Shown: piece after piece, positions 1 through 13,143 of the stretch
How positions within the stretch are numbered: the first letter of the stretch is position 1
Layout: each line of letters opens with the position of its first letter
NCBI RefSeq assembly: GCF_004010195.1
Contig: NC_057728.1
Coordinates: forward strand, 47,349,305 to 47,413,304
DNA length: 64,000 bases
Direction: 5' to 3'
Origin: Chiloscyllium plagiosum
Lineage: Eukaryota
Made by a program: the position numbers and the translations under genes
The notes under the pieces: model-generated
The model's database searches: none
What the model was told of the DNA's origin: nothing
What the model saw: the letters and a program-made list of their open reading frames with translations, nothing else

Positions 1-1051
1 TTCCATGTTCCAAATAGGTACTGCGGATCTGAAATGCAGACAATATAGAGTGCTTTAATAAGCATGCCCTCATGCAGACTCTGAATGCATTGTAAGCTGA
101 CTGGCTGCTTTCAGGTGTGCTGAGCATATAGGAGCAAAGGAAAATGGGCCATTCAGCCCATCATTGCTGCTCCACAATTTAAGATGCTCAGGATTGATCG
201 AACACTTCAACGCCTTTCATCCACACTATCCCCATAACCAGTTCTGCTACTGATAAATCAGAATTCTTTAATCTCTACTTCAAACATTCTCAAAAACTGA
301 GCTGCCGCAGCTCTTTGGGTAAACAATCCCAAACATTTACAGCTTTCTTACTAAATGATTTCTCCTCATCTCAGTCCTAAGGTGGCATCAGCCATACTTT
401 CAAACTGCTCTCCCTGGTTTCAGACTCCCTGGTCTTACCTGGATCTGCCCTGTCTATTCCTTTAAACATTTATTGGTTCCAATGAGATCACCTGTTCAAA
501 ACTCTAGAGAATACAGGCTTAGATTTTCCAATCTCTTTCCGGAACAATCGCTATCTCAGGTACATGTTCCTGAGATATGGAGACCAAAATTGCACACATT
601 ACACTAGGTGTGGTCTAACCTAACTTCTATACAATCGAAGCAAGGTTTCACTACTCCTGTAGTCAGATCCTCTTGCGATTAAGGCTAATGTTACATTAGC
701 TTTCCTAATAGCTTGTGTACCTGCATGTTAAACGTTCAGTCACTTACTAACAAGGACATAGATTCCTCTGTACATCCCCTCTCTTCAACCTCCTAGCACT
801 GATAAAGTATTCTCCACATCTGTTCTTCCTAACAAAGTGGATAACTTCAAATTAGACAGATCAAAAGACTCAGGCCTCTGGTTCCAATTATAGAGGGTTA
901 GTAAATGCTGTTTTGTGTGATCAGCCCTACAAAATCTGATAAATGCATGAGACAAAAAAAATCATGGACAATGTATAATTAATACACCAAGGTGAAATGA
1001 GGGGTTGAAACCAAGACATGCTGTAAGAATGCATACATTGGTAACTTGTCC

Positions 1052-1537
1052 TTGAAAGGGTTCAGAAAAGATTTACAAGGATGTTGCCAGGGTTATAGGG
1101 TTTGAGCTGTAGGGAGAGGCTGAACAGACTGGGGCTATTTTCCCCAGAGCTTCAGAGGCTGATGGGTGACCTTATAGAGGTTTATAAAATCATGAGGGGC
1201 ATAGATAAGGTAAATAGGCTGTCTTTTCCCCAGGGTGGGGGCATCCAAAACTAGAGGACATAAGTTTAAGGTGAGACAGCAAAGGTTTAAAAGGGATCCA
1301 ACAGGCAACTTTTTCATGCAGAGGATGGTGCATGTATGGAATGAGCTGCCAGAGGAAGTGGTGGAGGTTGGTACAATTACAACTTTTAAAAGGCATCTGG
1401 ATGGGTATATGAATAGCAAGGGTTTAGAGGGATATGGGGCAAATGGGACTAGATTTATTTAGGATATCTGGTCAGCATGGACATGTTGGATCGAAGGGTC
1501 TGTTTCCATCCTGTATATCTCTCTGAGTCTGACTCTA
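1052..1537 (+). mobile_element. CR1/HER1-type LINE, 3' fragment
   Basis: Encodes SKTRGHKFKV...NFF.QR.V.VWNELPEEVVE..TITTFKRHLD (CR1 ORF2 C-terminus) with a (CTATGA)-like tail; many sister copies in the window. Confidence 0.9.
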
Positions 1538-2174
1538 AACGAAGTGAGAATAGAATTTTTCCCTCAATGCTATATGGGTTATTTTTGCTTATTAACATTT
1601 TCCCATAGACAACAATAACAATTCATACCTACATCAACATAAACATGTTTAATTAAATGAGCATTTGTCCAAGTGAAAAATGAACTTTTTTTTGTCATTA
1701 TTGACCAATACTGATATTTTAACCCAAAGCTAGGTATTACAGAAAAGGAGGCAAAGAAATCATTGTCTTGTCTAGTAGAGACGTGCTTAGAAGCACAAAG
1801 AGTTCATCATGTATTGTCAAAGACAATTCTACTATTTTCTCACAACAGATCTGAGAGCAATGCTGAGGATACAAAAGATGACAAAACTTGACCAAATGAT
1901 GCAAAGCAGCAGACCTATGAAAGAGGTTGCATTGTGGCCATGTCTCTATTGGTAACTCACCTCCTGTTAAAAGCACGCATTGAAACTAACCTAGCCTCAC
2001 TGTTACTGAAGATGCCACTCAGTCTTTGCTGCCATTATTGACTCTAACCAAATCGATCAAAGCAACCTTAAATCTCATCACTAAAGGCAGCTCACACTCA
2101 GATCTGAATAAAGTTACATCTAAAGAGTAGAATTGAAGTGTATTCTGAAACAAAAATAGGAAAACACTGTGCAT

Positions 2175-2355
2175 ACACAAAAACAGAAATTTCTGGAAAA
2201 ACTCAGCAGGTCTGCCAGTATATGTGGAAGAATCATTTGACCTGAAACGTTAACTCTGATTTCTCTCCACAGATGCTGCCAGATCTGCTCAGCTTTTCCT
2301 GCAATTGCTGTTTTTTTGTTTCTGATTTACAGCATCTGCAATTCCTTCAGTTTTT
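2175..2355 (+). repeat. Older palindromic element related to family A (relatives ~3130-3265, 3408-3520, 9580-9740, 14670-14835, 43447-43612, 44130-44280, 54400-54490)
   Basis: Arms CTGGA.AAACTCAGCAGGTCTG.CAG / CTGCCAGA.CTGCT.AG.TTT.C and tail TTC.GATTT.CAGCATCTGCA. Confidence 0.7.
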
Positions 2356-4084
2356 AAAATGCTGTACATATTCAGCAAGACAGGCAGTATCCATGGAACA
2401 TTTCAGATTGATGACCTTTCATTACTTAAACATTAACTCGATTTCTTTTCACCTGCCTGACCAGTTGATTATTTCTAGCATTTTCTCTCTATTTCAGATT
2501 ACCAGCATCCACATTATTCTGTTTTTAAAATATATGCATCTGGTTGTGCCATTTGTTTTACATTCACTCTTACACAACAAGTAACTCCTGCTCAATCTCC
2601 ATCAAACAACCATTTAGCTGGACTTTGCACATTCTGCACTGCTGCACAACTCAGGCACTGCGTGTTCCATAAGGAGATTCACAAAGTGTTTTAACTCACC
2701 CAACTTACATTTAGCCAGTTTAATATATATAAGCACCTCTTTATTACAGTGTTGCATACATTTTATTTCACTTCTGTGATGCTTGCAAATTTAGAAAAGT
2801 CACATAGATCAGAGTACAGTTTTCATTGCATCAGTGCACTTTTCCATGACTAATATAGAAGATCAATAAATAGCCCATTCCATGAAAAGGAAAAAAATTG
2901 GGGCTAATGCTGCATGGCTAAAAAAAATAGTTTCCATACATAAAGTGAATTTGACTCCCTCAAGGCCTCCCAAAGTGCTTCAAAACCAAACAGATTTTTT
3001 ACAAGTATGGTCACTGGTATTTTCTAATCATACGCTGTAGCAAATTTGTACAGAGCAAAACCCCACGAATTAGTAAATGAGTTGATCCATTAATCTCTCC
3101 CGGTAGGCGCAAGAATGATTTATGTTGACCCAAACGCAGAGAATGCTGGAGAAACTCAGGCCTGGCAGCATCTGTGGAGACAGGAAGAGCCGCCGGATCG
3201 AATGAATGTCTGCAGCATTCTCGGTGCTTGTTTCAGATTTCCAGCGCCTGCTGTATTTTGGCTTTTATCAAAGTACGCGGAGCGAACTGTCGATTCCTCT
3301 TCAAAAAAAGTCTCCTCAGATACCGCATTAATGTAAGTTGACTTTTGCATAAAATAATCGGGAAGCAAACTTGATTTTTCATTTTTGGCATTCCTATTAA
3401 TTATAACAAACCTGAAATGTCAACATTCCTGCTCCTCCAGTGCTGACTGACCTGCTGTGTTTTTCCAGCTTCACATTTTGTCAATTCTGACTTCCTGCAT
3501 TGGCAGTCCTTCCTATCTCCTTAATAATAATCATATCTACTCCCAGGTCTAATGTGCTGTAATCTGATGTTTAATAAAACTCCCTTAATGCTATTCGTCG
3601 TTGAAAAATATTGCTATCTTCTAACATGTTTAGGAAAGTTACCGTGAGACTGTTCATTAAAGCAGAACTCCATGTGGGGTTGTGGGGTTTCCTGTGTGTT
3701 AGTATTACAGTGCAAACAATGAGTTATTAAGGTGAGTCCGTTTTATTTAAAGTAAAACTTTGAAGTGTCAGTATGAATTCTTCAGGTCTGCACTCCAGCC
3801 CATCAGAGTTAGAATGTAATATTGTTATTACTTAGCAATTCTTTCTGGTCAATTTTATGAAATGATCCACAAAGGAAAGGAACTGATGTTGTCAAACCCA
3901 ATTCCAGACAGACATCTCACTGCCACCAGAAGAACTGAACTTTCACTCCATCAAACCGAACAGGAATCAAAATCTGAACAATCTTTGCAAAAGAAATCAG
4001 CACAATTGAGCTCAACCTACAATGTTCTCTTTCCTCATTGTCATGAAATGATTTGTGGTATTTTTTGGAAAGGAATGACTTTTT

Positions 4085-4515
4085 TTTATTCATTCTGGAG
4101 ATGTGATCTTCGTTGGCTGGGCCAGCATTTAATACCCATCTGTAGTACTCTTGAGAAGCTGGTGATGACCTGTCTTCTTAAACTACTGCAATCCATTTGC
4201 CATAGGGACATCCATGATGCCATTATGGAGGGAGTTCCAGGATGTTGACCTAGTAATACTGCAGGAGCAGTGATACATTCCAAGTCAGGAGGGAGTGACC
4301 TGGAGGGAAATATGCAAGTGGTGGGGTCCCCAAGTATCTGCTACTTTTGTCCTTCTGGATGTTAGTGGTCGTGAATCAGGAAGGTACTGCCTTGCTGAAT
4401 TTCCGCAATGCATCTTGTAGATGGTACACACGGTTGCTACTGTATGTTGGTGGTGGACAGAGTGAATGTTTGTGTTGTGCCAATCAAGTGGGCTGCTTTG
4501 TCTAGGATGATAATT
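4085..4515 (-). mobile_element. Second non-LTR (CR1/L2-group) LINE family, 3' end
   Basis: Reverse complement of 44310-44711; encodes SVHH..TVA.VCTIYKMHC. Related pieces at ~11480-11970, 27085-27350. Confidence 0.75.
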
Positions 4516-5889
4516 TACCAAATTTGTACTTCTCTTGCAGCTGTACCAATTGCAGAATTAATTGGAACTTGGTAATAATTCATATTTAAACCATTTGAAT
4601 GGAAGCTAACCTAATAACTCGGCAACCTTTTAATATAAACACTAGACTGTCTGCACACTTTGTGCTCTTGCAGTTTGCTGTACAGCACTGCAGCATCTGA
4701 AGTGCAAACAGAAGATTCTACATCCATATATTAGTTGCCAATTTATTTAACTATGTTTTCTATCAATACTTTTTAAAACATTTTTATGGCTCTGTGATTA
4801 CTCCTGAATCTAATTGTAAATCAGCCTCAAACAGAACAATGCATTTCTCCTTATGATACACACTTGGCATTTGTGTAACCTGATCTTTCACACCAATATT
4901 AATGACAAATATGCAGTAGAACTCTGCTGTTTACTTTGTAGAAATGAGAATCTGGCATCAACAACAGGACCATCCAGAGAGGGCACTGTTGCCTCATTAG
5001 CTCCATAGCCAATGCACAACATAAATTCATTATGATAAAAAAAAAGTTTTTTTTAAAAAATGTTGTGGTTCAATTATCCCATTGATTCTGTTCAACAATT
5101 AGAAATATTACCAGGGGAATAAGTCATCATAGCAGAGTTCTGTGGATCTGTGGTTTTCCAACATTCCCTAGTATATACAAACATGATTACAGCAGCCCCT
5201 ACTGGCACAATGTTAACAAATTATATACAGGGAACACAGGGATTATTAACCAAGAGATCCCAGGTCCTTCTAGTTTGTCTTTTTATAGTAATGTATTTGC
5301 ATGGTACAGTGGCTATGGAAATGTTCCCGAACCATTAATCTCTAATGATTAATCTTCAACAGACCTACACAAGGTCTTGTTGTAACACCACTGGTACACA
5401 ACAAGTCTGAATGTAGGATATTTCTCCTTGGTGCAGATAAACTAACGGAATGTGTTGAGAGTCTGTATGTAGCAAATGCCAACGAGTTAAAAAAAACACA
5501 CCTGCTATTAACAACAACAATCCAAAATTACAATAACTTTTAAATAATTGAAGAATAATAGTTAAATATTCAATGTAGTGCTAATTAGGATCATTGAAAA
5601 ATCCACCAGTTTTCCTTCAAATCTTGAACTCAATGACTGAGAAAATGGGTCATCCCAAAGTTTTTTTTAAAAGATTACATAATATATTCAAAAGCTGATT
5701 TCAATTAGTTTATATATTCCATCTGCACTTTTAAGCTTTTTTGTGATGTTACAATCATCTGGTATGATAATCACTTTTTCGTAAAGGCTAAAGAGCAATG
5801 AAATTGCTCAACACTTCAATTCACATTTATGTTACTGTTTTCTAATCAGCTAAAATGCTCATTAACTAGTTAACTTTTGGCAAACATAC

Positions 5890-6623
5890 CTTCTCTCTCC
5901 ATTTGTCACGTAGGAGCTCCGAAAGAAGCCAAGTAATTCATCTGCTATTTTGGCACTGTATTTTATTGTCGCAGTGTAGTGTTTCTGTGCTTTCAGCTCC
6001 CTGGTCAACATAATCACTAAAACTTGATTCTGTGGATATAGGAAATATTTTCTAATCCCAAGGTGTTCAGAGGTATTTGCAACAGTGACCTCAACCCCTT
6101 CAACTGGCAGCTTGTCTGCATGCAGCACTATGTATTTCGTAGGGTTCACACAGTGCATCCAAATGCAGATTTCTCCAGCAAAAGTAAAGTTATCCATGAA
6201 AGCAGTTAAGTTCAGATCATAATGATAGGGTTTTATTGAAGTGGGCAGTCTCAGCTGTGCCCATGGCTTTTCAGCAATTTTACTAGGATTGGGATTGCTG
6301 AGGCTCTCTCGAGTCTGGTTGAACTTGGCCCCACTGTACACAGTGGCATTCCCTACCTTAGTGCTGCCATCATTAGAGCATTCTTCAAACTTGACACTCA
6401 GAAGCACGGCTATAATTGTGACTATGATGAGACCCAAGATGGAAATGGCAAAGCCCAGTACTAGCCTCCTATGCACTGTGATGTGTCTTTCAGTGGTCCT
6501 GGGTCGAACCATCACAGAGTCGGCCCACTGATCGGACAGCCCCCGTCCATTCCTCATGGAGTCTTCTTCAATTACCATCTGTGTGAAAGACATACTTTTG
6601 TCTCGTTTATCCTCCAATGCCAT
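5890..6623 (-). CDS. TRHDE: TRHDE first coding exon (cytosolic tail, type II TM anchor, start of M1 aminopeptidase N-terminal domain); gene continues beyond the left edge
   Basis: ATG at 6623 (the ORF-track start at 6632 is a GTG). Translation MALEDK...RGLSDQWADSVMVRPRTTERHITVHRRLVLGFAISILGLIIVTIIAVLLS...PWAQLRLP...PYHYDL...LLGFFRSSYVTNGERR matches the recalled TRHDE N-terminus (RGLSDPWADSVGVRPRTTERHIAVHKRLVL...). Ends at donor AG|GTATGT (5889), phase 2. Confidence 0.95.
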
Positions 6624-7077
6624 CACATTCACTGCTTCTAGTCTTTAAAAGGTGCAGATTACAAGAAGAAAAGGGAGCAAACAGTGCTTCCTTGGCTCAC
6701 AGTCTTATTCAGTTGCACTGAAGGCAAGGAGATCTTTGCACTGACGAAGAGAAAAATCCAATCTTCTGTCAATGAAGGTTTTGTTTGATTGCAACTAATA
6801 TTGGTCTGAAAATCAATAATGGAAAAGGGGTTTAAAGAAATGCTGTTTGTCAGACAACAGATTACATTCCACTTGTCTCCTGCAAGTCCATGTTTTCTGA
6901 TATTTCCGTCTCAGTATTTCAAGTGGAAAGATCTGGCTGTTCTAGTGGATATAGGTGATGGATCTTGGCACTGGCAAATCACCATGTTGGGAGTGAATAC
7001 TCAAAATGTCACAGTCCTGGACAAGCCTCGCAGAGAAGTGCAGACCACCAAAGCAACAACTTTCACGTCTCTGCCAC
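6624..7077 (-). other. TRHDE: Probable 5' UTR portion of the TRHDE first coding exon
   Basis: Good acceptor on the minus strand, tctcctttctctaacAG, at 7079-7078. A nearer acceptor around 6643 cannot be excluded. Confidence 0.5.
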
Positions 7078-7680
7078 CTGTTAGAGAAAGGAGATTCAAT
7101 TAAGAGCACGAATGTGAAACACTGGCATAATCAAACAGAACGTGACTGTCATCTTGCTACAGGTTGGTACTAACCCTATTTGTTGGTCATGCCCATGTTT
7201 AATAGTAAATCACTTTAACTTCAATCAGCACTCCAATAGCCTTGACTCCTAAAACAAAACTGAAGAGAAATAATAAATAGTTGATGAATAGTCATGATCA
7301 CAATTCTGTGAACACATCTGTAACGGATACGACTGTTGTACCTTATTAAAATGCACATCAAATCATTAAAATAAACCATAATAGCAATGAAATCATTGAA
7401 AACCTGGTTGCTAGTATTAAGCCCTGTGCACATTAACACACTGGTGAGAAAGATGGCCCTACCAAACAGCCAAGATGTAGCAAAGCAAACAAGAGATACC
7501 GTCCCAGGATTGTGTTCTTGGGATTCCAAAGTCTGCTCCCACTGTCTCTGAATTTCTCACTTGGTTTGCAAACACCAGAACACAGATTTATAAACAACCC
7601 TGAGGGCAAAAAAAAATCAAAATACATGGAAAATATACATTGTACATACTTTTAGAAAACTCTCAAACAAACCCGTTCAC

Positions 7681-7950
7681 CGTTGCGGCGTGGAGACCTC
7701 CGCACAATTGGAAGAAAGCGAGTGTGTGTCAGGTTGTAAAGGGACTGGATGGAGCAGGCTGTACAGCCACAGCAAGTTTCCCGCTGGCTGCTGGCAGTGC
7801 CGGCTGCTTCGCTCAGTTTTCACTGGAGCTCGCTGCTGCCGCCTGCTGCCCGAACACTTGAGAGCGGACCAAGCCAGCAGCGTCACTGATCCGCCTCTCC
7901 CACCTTCAGCATCCAGGGCTCATTCTCCGCTTCCTCCCACACCCTCCACT
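7681..7950 (-). promoter_or_regulatory. TRHDE: GC/CpG-rich segment: candidate TRHDE promoter and non-coding first exon
   Basis: Local CpG enrichment in AT-rich DNA, purine-rich GGAG/GGCGG boxes and a TGACG half-CRE (~7881-7885). Ends at a donor-like CG|GTGAAC (7680) upstream of the 7078 acceptor. Confidence 0.5.
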
Positions 7951-8294
7951 AGCTCCATTTGTTACTGCAATTACAAACCTGCTGCGGCTTGTGTATCTTC
8001 AGAGAACTGCCACCTCCCAGCAATATCTGGAATTAAAGCCTCTCGAGAGAAAGACTTCAAAAGAAACTGCTAATACCACTCAATTTATATAGTTTGCAAT
8101 TGGTCTCCATGTTGTAAAATATTTATCAAAACACATAGGGAGGATGGAACTGCAAAGTTACACCGGGTTTGTAAACTACCCCATTTATAGCTTTCCTCTG
8201 TTAATACATTGATAATACGAATATTTATGAATTTCCTTGTCTGCATCTTACATAGGGGTCAGTTTCACACAAGTGCTCAGAGATCTCCCTTCTA

Positions 8295-8420
8295 TTCTGA
8301 TATTTTTCCCAATCAATCTGTTCGGAGCTAGTACTACAGACCTCTACAGTAGGTGGGCCTTGAACCCCGGTCTCCTGGCCCAGAAGTTGGGACACTGCGG
8401 CTGCATCATTCGAGCCCTCA
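8295..8420 (-). mobile_element. Short tRNA-derived SINE-like repeat (related copy ~29175-29300)
   Basis: B-box-like GGGGTTCAAGGCCC on the minus strand; similar sequence recurs. Confidence 0.45.
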
Positions 8421-9747
8421 TTCAGGGTCAATGACGCTTCAGTGACATTCCCGGTCGGTGCCAAGTGTCGCCAAACACAGTTTTAAAAGGGTGGGAAGTT
8501 TGGCCGAACAGGGAGGTGGAAATCAAAGTTGTTTAATAAAGGGGAAAAGAAGCAGAAAACTGTCTGTGAAATGTATAAAATCTTAAACTGTGTACAGGCC
8601 ACTCATTCCACTTGGACTGCTTTTAGCAAAACATTCAATAACAAGTTAAGAAATACAGCATATTCCACTCCTGCCCATTGAAGTTTGGAAGTTATAGAAG
8701 AGAAACATTTTCCATTACATTATCTTCATGTTTTTGTAAAAAGACATCATTGTGAGCAGCACTGCTGTCCAACTTTAATTATCCTTGAGAAGATTCTACT
8801 GTACTACAAGACAGTGAAAAATAACACGAATGATTCAGAATCAAAAAAGAAATCCAAAATATTAAATATTTATCATTATGCTGGCTTCCAATGTGGGACT
8901 ATTGTTACGTGGGATTGTCTTGTTTAATCTTGTTGCAGCAAGGTTTTGCAATGCCACATAAGGCATATGATGCAGAGTGGGATTTGTCTTCCAAAATTTA
9001 CTCTTAGATTTGTCCAAACTTTTTACAGATCTTGTCCCTTCACCTACGTTTGCCAATAGAGAAATGATCAAAGGGTCCATATCATGACATTAGCTGCAAG
9101 CATGAAACTCTTGTCAAAACTTGTAATCAATATGGCTCACAGACTTTAGACTTGCATTTTACAAATAATTAGCTCTGAGCTCTGAAAATGTTCATAGGTA
9201 TTTGCTTTGTCTACTTTGTAACGGAAGTATTAGTCTGGTTAAAATGGAAGAATCTATTAACTTGTTAATCTGTTGCCACTAGATTTTTTAAAAATAACAT
9301 TTTAGTACATTAATGTCATAGTAGGCAAGTACCATGAAAAGGACAAATTATGGATGGTACAATTTTTATCTTGAAACCAGTTTAAAAATCACACAATATC
9401 AAGTTATAGTTCAACAGGTTTATTTGGAAGGACACGCTTTCAGAGCATTGCTCCTTCATCAGGTAGATAGTGGGGCAGGATCATAGGACACAGAATTTAC
9501 AATAAATACAGTAAATCATAGTAAATATAGATTCTGTAAACAATGGAAGTTGAACATGTAATGTTAGGGAAAGTAGGCCAGATATATTAAACTAATTTAC
9601 CGTTCTGACGTAGAATCACTCTGGGCTTGAAATGTTAATTCTGTTTCTTTCTCTACAGATGCTGCCAAACCTGCTGAGTTTCTCCAGCAATCTTTGTGTT
9701 TGTTTCAGATTTCCAGCATCCACAGTACTTTGCTCTTATTTAAATTA

Positions 9748-9979
9748 GCTGCTAAAAATGTGTTGCTGGAAAAGCGCAGGTCAGGCAGGATCCAAGGAGC
9801 AAGAGAATCGACGTTTCGGGCATGACCCCTTCTTCAGGAAGGAGGTCTTCGATTCCGGAAGAAGGGCTTATGCCCGAAACGTCGATTCTCCTGTTCCTTG
9901 GATGCTGCCTGACCTGCTGCGCTTTTCCAGCAACACATTTTCAGCTCTGATCTCCAGCATCTGCAGTCCTCACTTTCTC
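9748..9979 (+). mobile_element. Palindromic Penelope pseudo-LTR-derived element, family A
   Basis: Inverted arms 9755-9840 / 9853-9941 plus unique tail CTGATCTCCAGCATCTGCAG. 15-bp direct repeat CTCTTATTTAAATTA at 9733-9747 and 9980-9994. Confidence 0.85.
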
Positions 9980-11556
9980 CTCTTATTTAAATTAAACCAC
10001 CCAAAAATAAGTCCACCCAAAATGCAAATTTAGTTAAAGGAGGAAGAAGGATTATTAAAATATGAAGTTTGCAGAAGAGTTAAATGGGCAAGCGTAAAGA
10101 ACGTGTAATGTGTATATTCAATCTTATACAGCCAGGGGAGAGTGCTGATGCAGAGGAGGCTAAAGTTCTTATATATTTTTGTAGGTGCAGGTACACAAGA
10201 TAACAGAAGTAAATTGAGATTAAATTAAAAGCAAAGATGAATGGACTAAAGAGCTTATATGCATGTCAGAAACTCCTTGAGACTTCCATAATAGATTCGT
10301 GCATTCCGTACATAAAGGAATTCCAGGTTCACCACATACAAAAGTATTTGGTGGACGGGACTGAATAAGTACGACAGTGGTTGATTACTAAATGAGCATT
10401 AGGAGGTAAGTTGGGGAGGTTGAACTGACACGACATATGGATAAATAAGTATCAGCACCAAACACATATGTAATGTATGACAGAATCCTGAAATGTGAGT
10501 TGGACTGATCTAATCCAGTCGATACACAAAAGGCCTCTCAGGTCATACAGCAACTGCGAATAAATGTCACTCACATCCATATTGCCCAAGTTGTGCTTTT
10601 GACTGGCCAATTTATTTTCAGAACCATAAAACCCTTGCCTTCTCTGCAGGACCTCACGAAGCAGCAGCACAACATTGCTTCATTTGTTCAGGTTTCGCTG
10701 CAATGATTCTGATTTAAAAATCACACAACACCAGGTTATAGTTCAACGGGTTTAATTGGAAGCACTAGCTTTCGGAGCGTCGCTTCTTCATCAGGATACA
10801 GAATGAAATACAGGGCGTCAGAAAACAACCACCAAACCATTTAAACAGATATTGAGTTAGATGATCTAAAGTTTAGTTAAAGAAATAGTTTTTAACTAAT
10901 GTCTTAAAGGAGGAATACAAGGTAAAGAGGCAGAGAAGGAATTTCAGAGCTTGGGGACACAGGCTACTTAAGGTATGGCCACCAATGATGCACATTTAAA
11001 ACTGGAAGTGCAAAAAAGCCATCAATTAGAGGATTATGTGCAATATCGAGGCTGCAAACAGACTGGCTTAATGTCAGATTACTGCCAGGGAAATTGAGCA
11101 TCATTTTAAGAGTTCAGGAAGGATAGTGCACTCTGCATAGTTCCTGTACTATGTACCAGGAGACAAGTTAAATTACACACTTGATCTGAAGCTTAATGTA
11201 CTGCAAGTTCACGCAATGATCAAAGAGAACCATCCAACCAACATAGTGCCAGGACTAAATTATCAACCCTTAGAAATAATGAAAGGTAGCAGCTGATGCA
11301 GTGTTAGAATTTTTGAAAAATATATATATATTGTGGACAGGCATCCATTTAACAAAAGAATCAATGCAAAGAAATCGATTGAAGATAAAAGGTCTGAAAC
11401 AGGACAATATATGGGTACTTCCAATGTGATTTAAATAACACACAAGGATTTGGCCTGAAAAGCAGATAGCAGAGTAGTTTTTTTATTCATTACTGGGATG
11501 TAAGCATCGCTGAAAAGGTCCATGTTTACCACACATGTTCTCAACAAGGTCAGGCT

Positions 11557-11764
11557 CAGTAGGTCAGGCAGCATCCGAAAAGCAGGAAAGTCGACGTTTC
11601 GGGCAAAAGTCCTTCATCAGGAATAGAGCCTCTATTCCTGCTGAAGGGCTTTTGCCCAAAACGTCAATTTTCCTGCTCCTCGGATGCTGCCTGACCTGCT
11701 GTGCTTTTCCAGCAACACTCTGCTCTAAACTCTGGTTTCCAGCATCTGCACTCCTCACTTTTGC
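11557..11764 (+). mobile_element. Palindromic element, family A
   Basis: Inverted arms plus tail; inserted in a LINE fragment. Confidence 0.82.
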
Positions 11765-11969
11765 CAAGGTCGGGTCCAGTGACTATACAATGCATCCACC
11801 ATGCTATTAAGAGAGTTTGTGGAGTTTCACCCAGCAACAATGAAGGAATGGCAAAATAATTGCAAGTCAAGATGTCATGCGACCTGGAATGGAACTTGCG
11901 AGCAGTAATGTTCCCGTTTATCTGCTCTCTTTTTTCTTCCAGATGGCACAGTTTGCAGGTTTGGAGAGG

Positions 11970-12214
11970 CTAAGGGGCAACTTTTTCACACGGAGGAATG
12001 GTGCCTATATGGAATGAGCTGCCAGAGGAAATGATGGAGGCTGATGCAATTGCAGCATTTAAAAAGCACCTGAATGGATATATGAATCAGAAGGGTTTTG
12101 GAGGGATGTGGGCCAAGTGCTGGCAAATGGGACTACATTAGGTTAGGATATCTGGTTGGCATGGACAAGTTGGACCGAAGGGTCTGTTTTTGTGCTGTAC
12201 GTCTCCATGACTCT
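11970..12214 (+). mobile_element. CR1/HER1-type LINE 3' end
   Basis: Same 3' sequence and tail as the 1052-1537 copy. Confidence 0.85.
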
Positions 12215-13143
12215 TTGATGAGATTTGAAACTATATTTCCAGATCATTAGCTTAAAGTCCTGGAAATCAAATCCGGTGACATGACTATTATGCCACCACC
12301 TCTCTTCCTTTCAAGCTCATCATGAGTTCATAACCTTTGACTCTGTTTTTTTCAGATGATAGCTGTTGATGATCATCCTTTTCGCAATTACACTTCCTTT
12401 ATTATGCCTTTTTCTTATCTCTTCGTAAAGATTGTATCTTTTTTATTTTTCTGTCTTATTAATCATGTGGACTGAAATATGAAAAGGACTGCTTTTAAAA
12501 ACTGAGGATCGTGAAATTATTGCTACACTTTTTAAAAGTGCACTACCTGACACTCTTTGCAAAATTTGTTTATGCTCCTGCACTGTAATGGTCTATGTTC
12601 CTGTTAATATACCGAAGACTTTGATCAGATCACCTCATAACCATCTAAATCTTCTGCACTGTTCATGACCTTTCAAGTATCTAAGCACCTCAACACCAAG
12701 TCTCTTTGGACAGCCACTGTATTTAACTTCATACAATCAAGAACATACCCTGATCTATCTGCCTGATGATACTTTAAGACTTGGTACACCATCAGTTACA
12801 TTTGACCCTGCACCTCATATCCACCTAGCTCAACCCCTCCCCATTCCCGTACAACTGCTTCTGCCCTAAGACGTTCATTGCTATGTTGGTCAGGGGCAAG
12901 CAAGCTGGTTCTGGGGTGAGAATTGGCATAATCTGATTACTGCTAATAAGCAAATGAATCCAGCAGACCAATGTGCACTGGGCCTGGCACCAGCATCTTT
13001 CGACTCTCTCAACTTCTCTCTCAAGTTTTGACTTTGGACATCCTGCTACGAAGAAATCTTGTTGGCAACTGTGTTTTGTCAAAGACAATGGGAAGTTATT
13101 TATTTCTCATTCCATTCCAAAAAGAATAGCTTTCTTGGAGCCA

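Noticed and set aside
1..50. Minus-strand acceptor-like tgcatttcAG followed by an open frame (R-SAVPIWNME) at the window edge, as possible TRHDE exon 2
   Set aside because: Does not resemble the expected exon 2 start (FLGVTQFSPTHARKAFPCFDEP); too short to judge.
6241..6531. 96-aa plus-strand ORF
   Set aside because: Antisense shadow of the TRHDE exon.
7690..8073. 127-aa ORF over the CpG-rich block
   Set aside because: Low-complexity Cys/Pro/Ser product of GC-rich promoter DNA; no recognisable domain.
9755..9941. Long hairpins as pre-miRNAs, CRISPR repeats or classical MITEs
   Set aside because: Dispersed multi-copy elements with variable long TSDs and a one-sided tail, linked to Penelope sequence; no spacer array and the DNA is eukaryotic.
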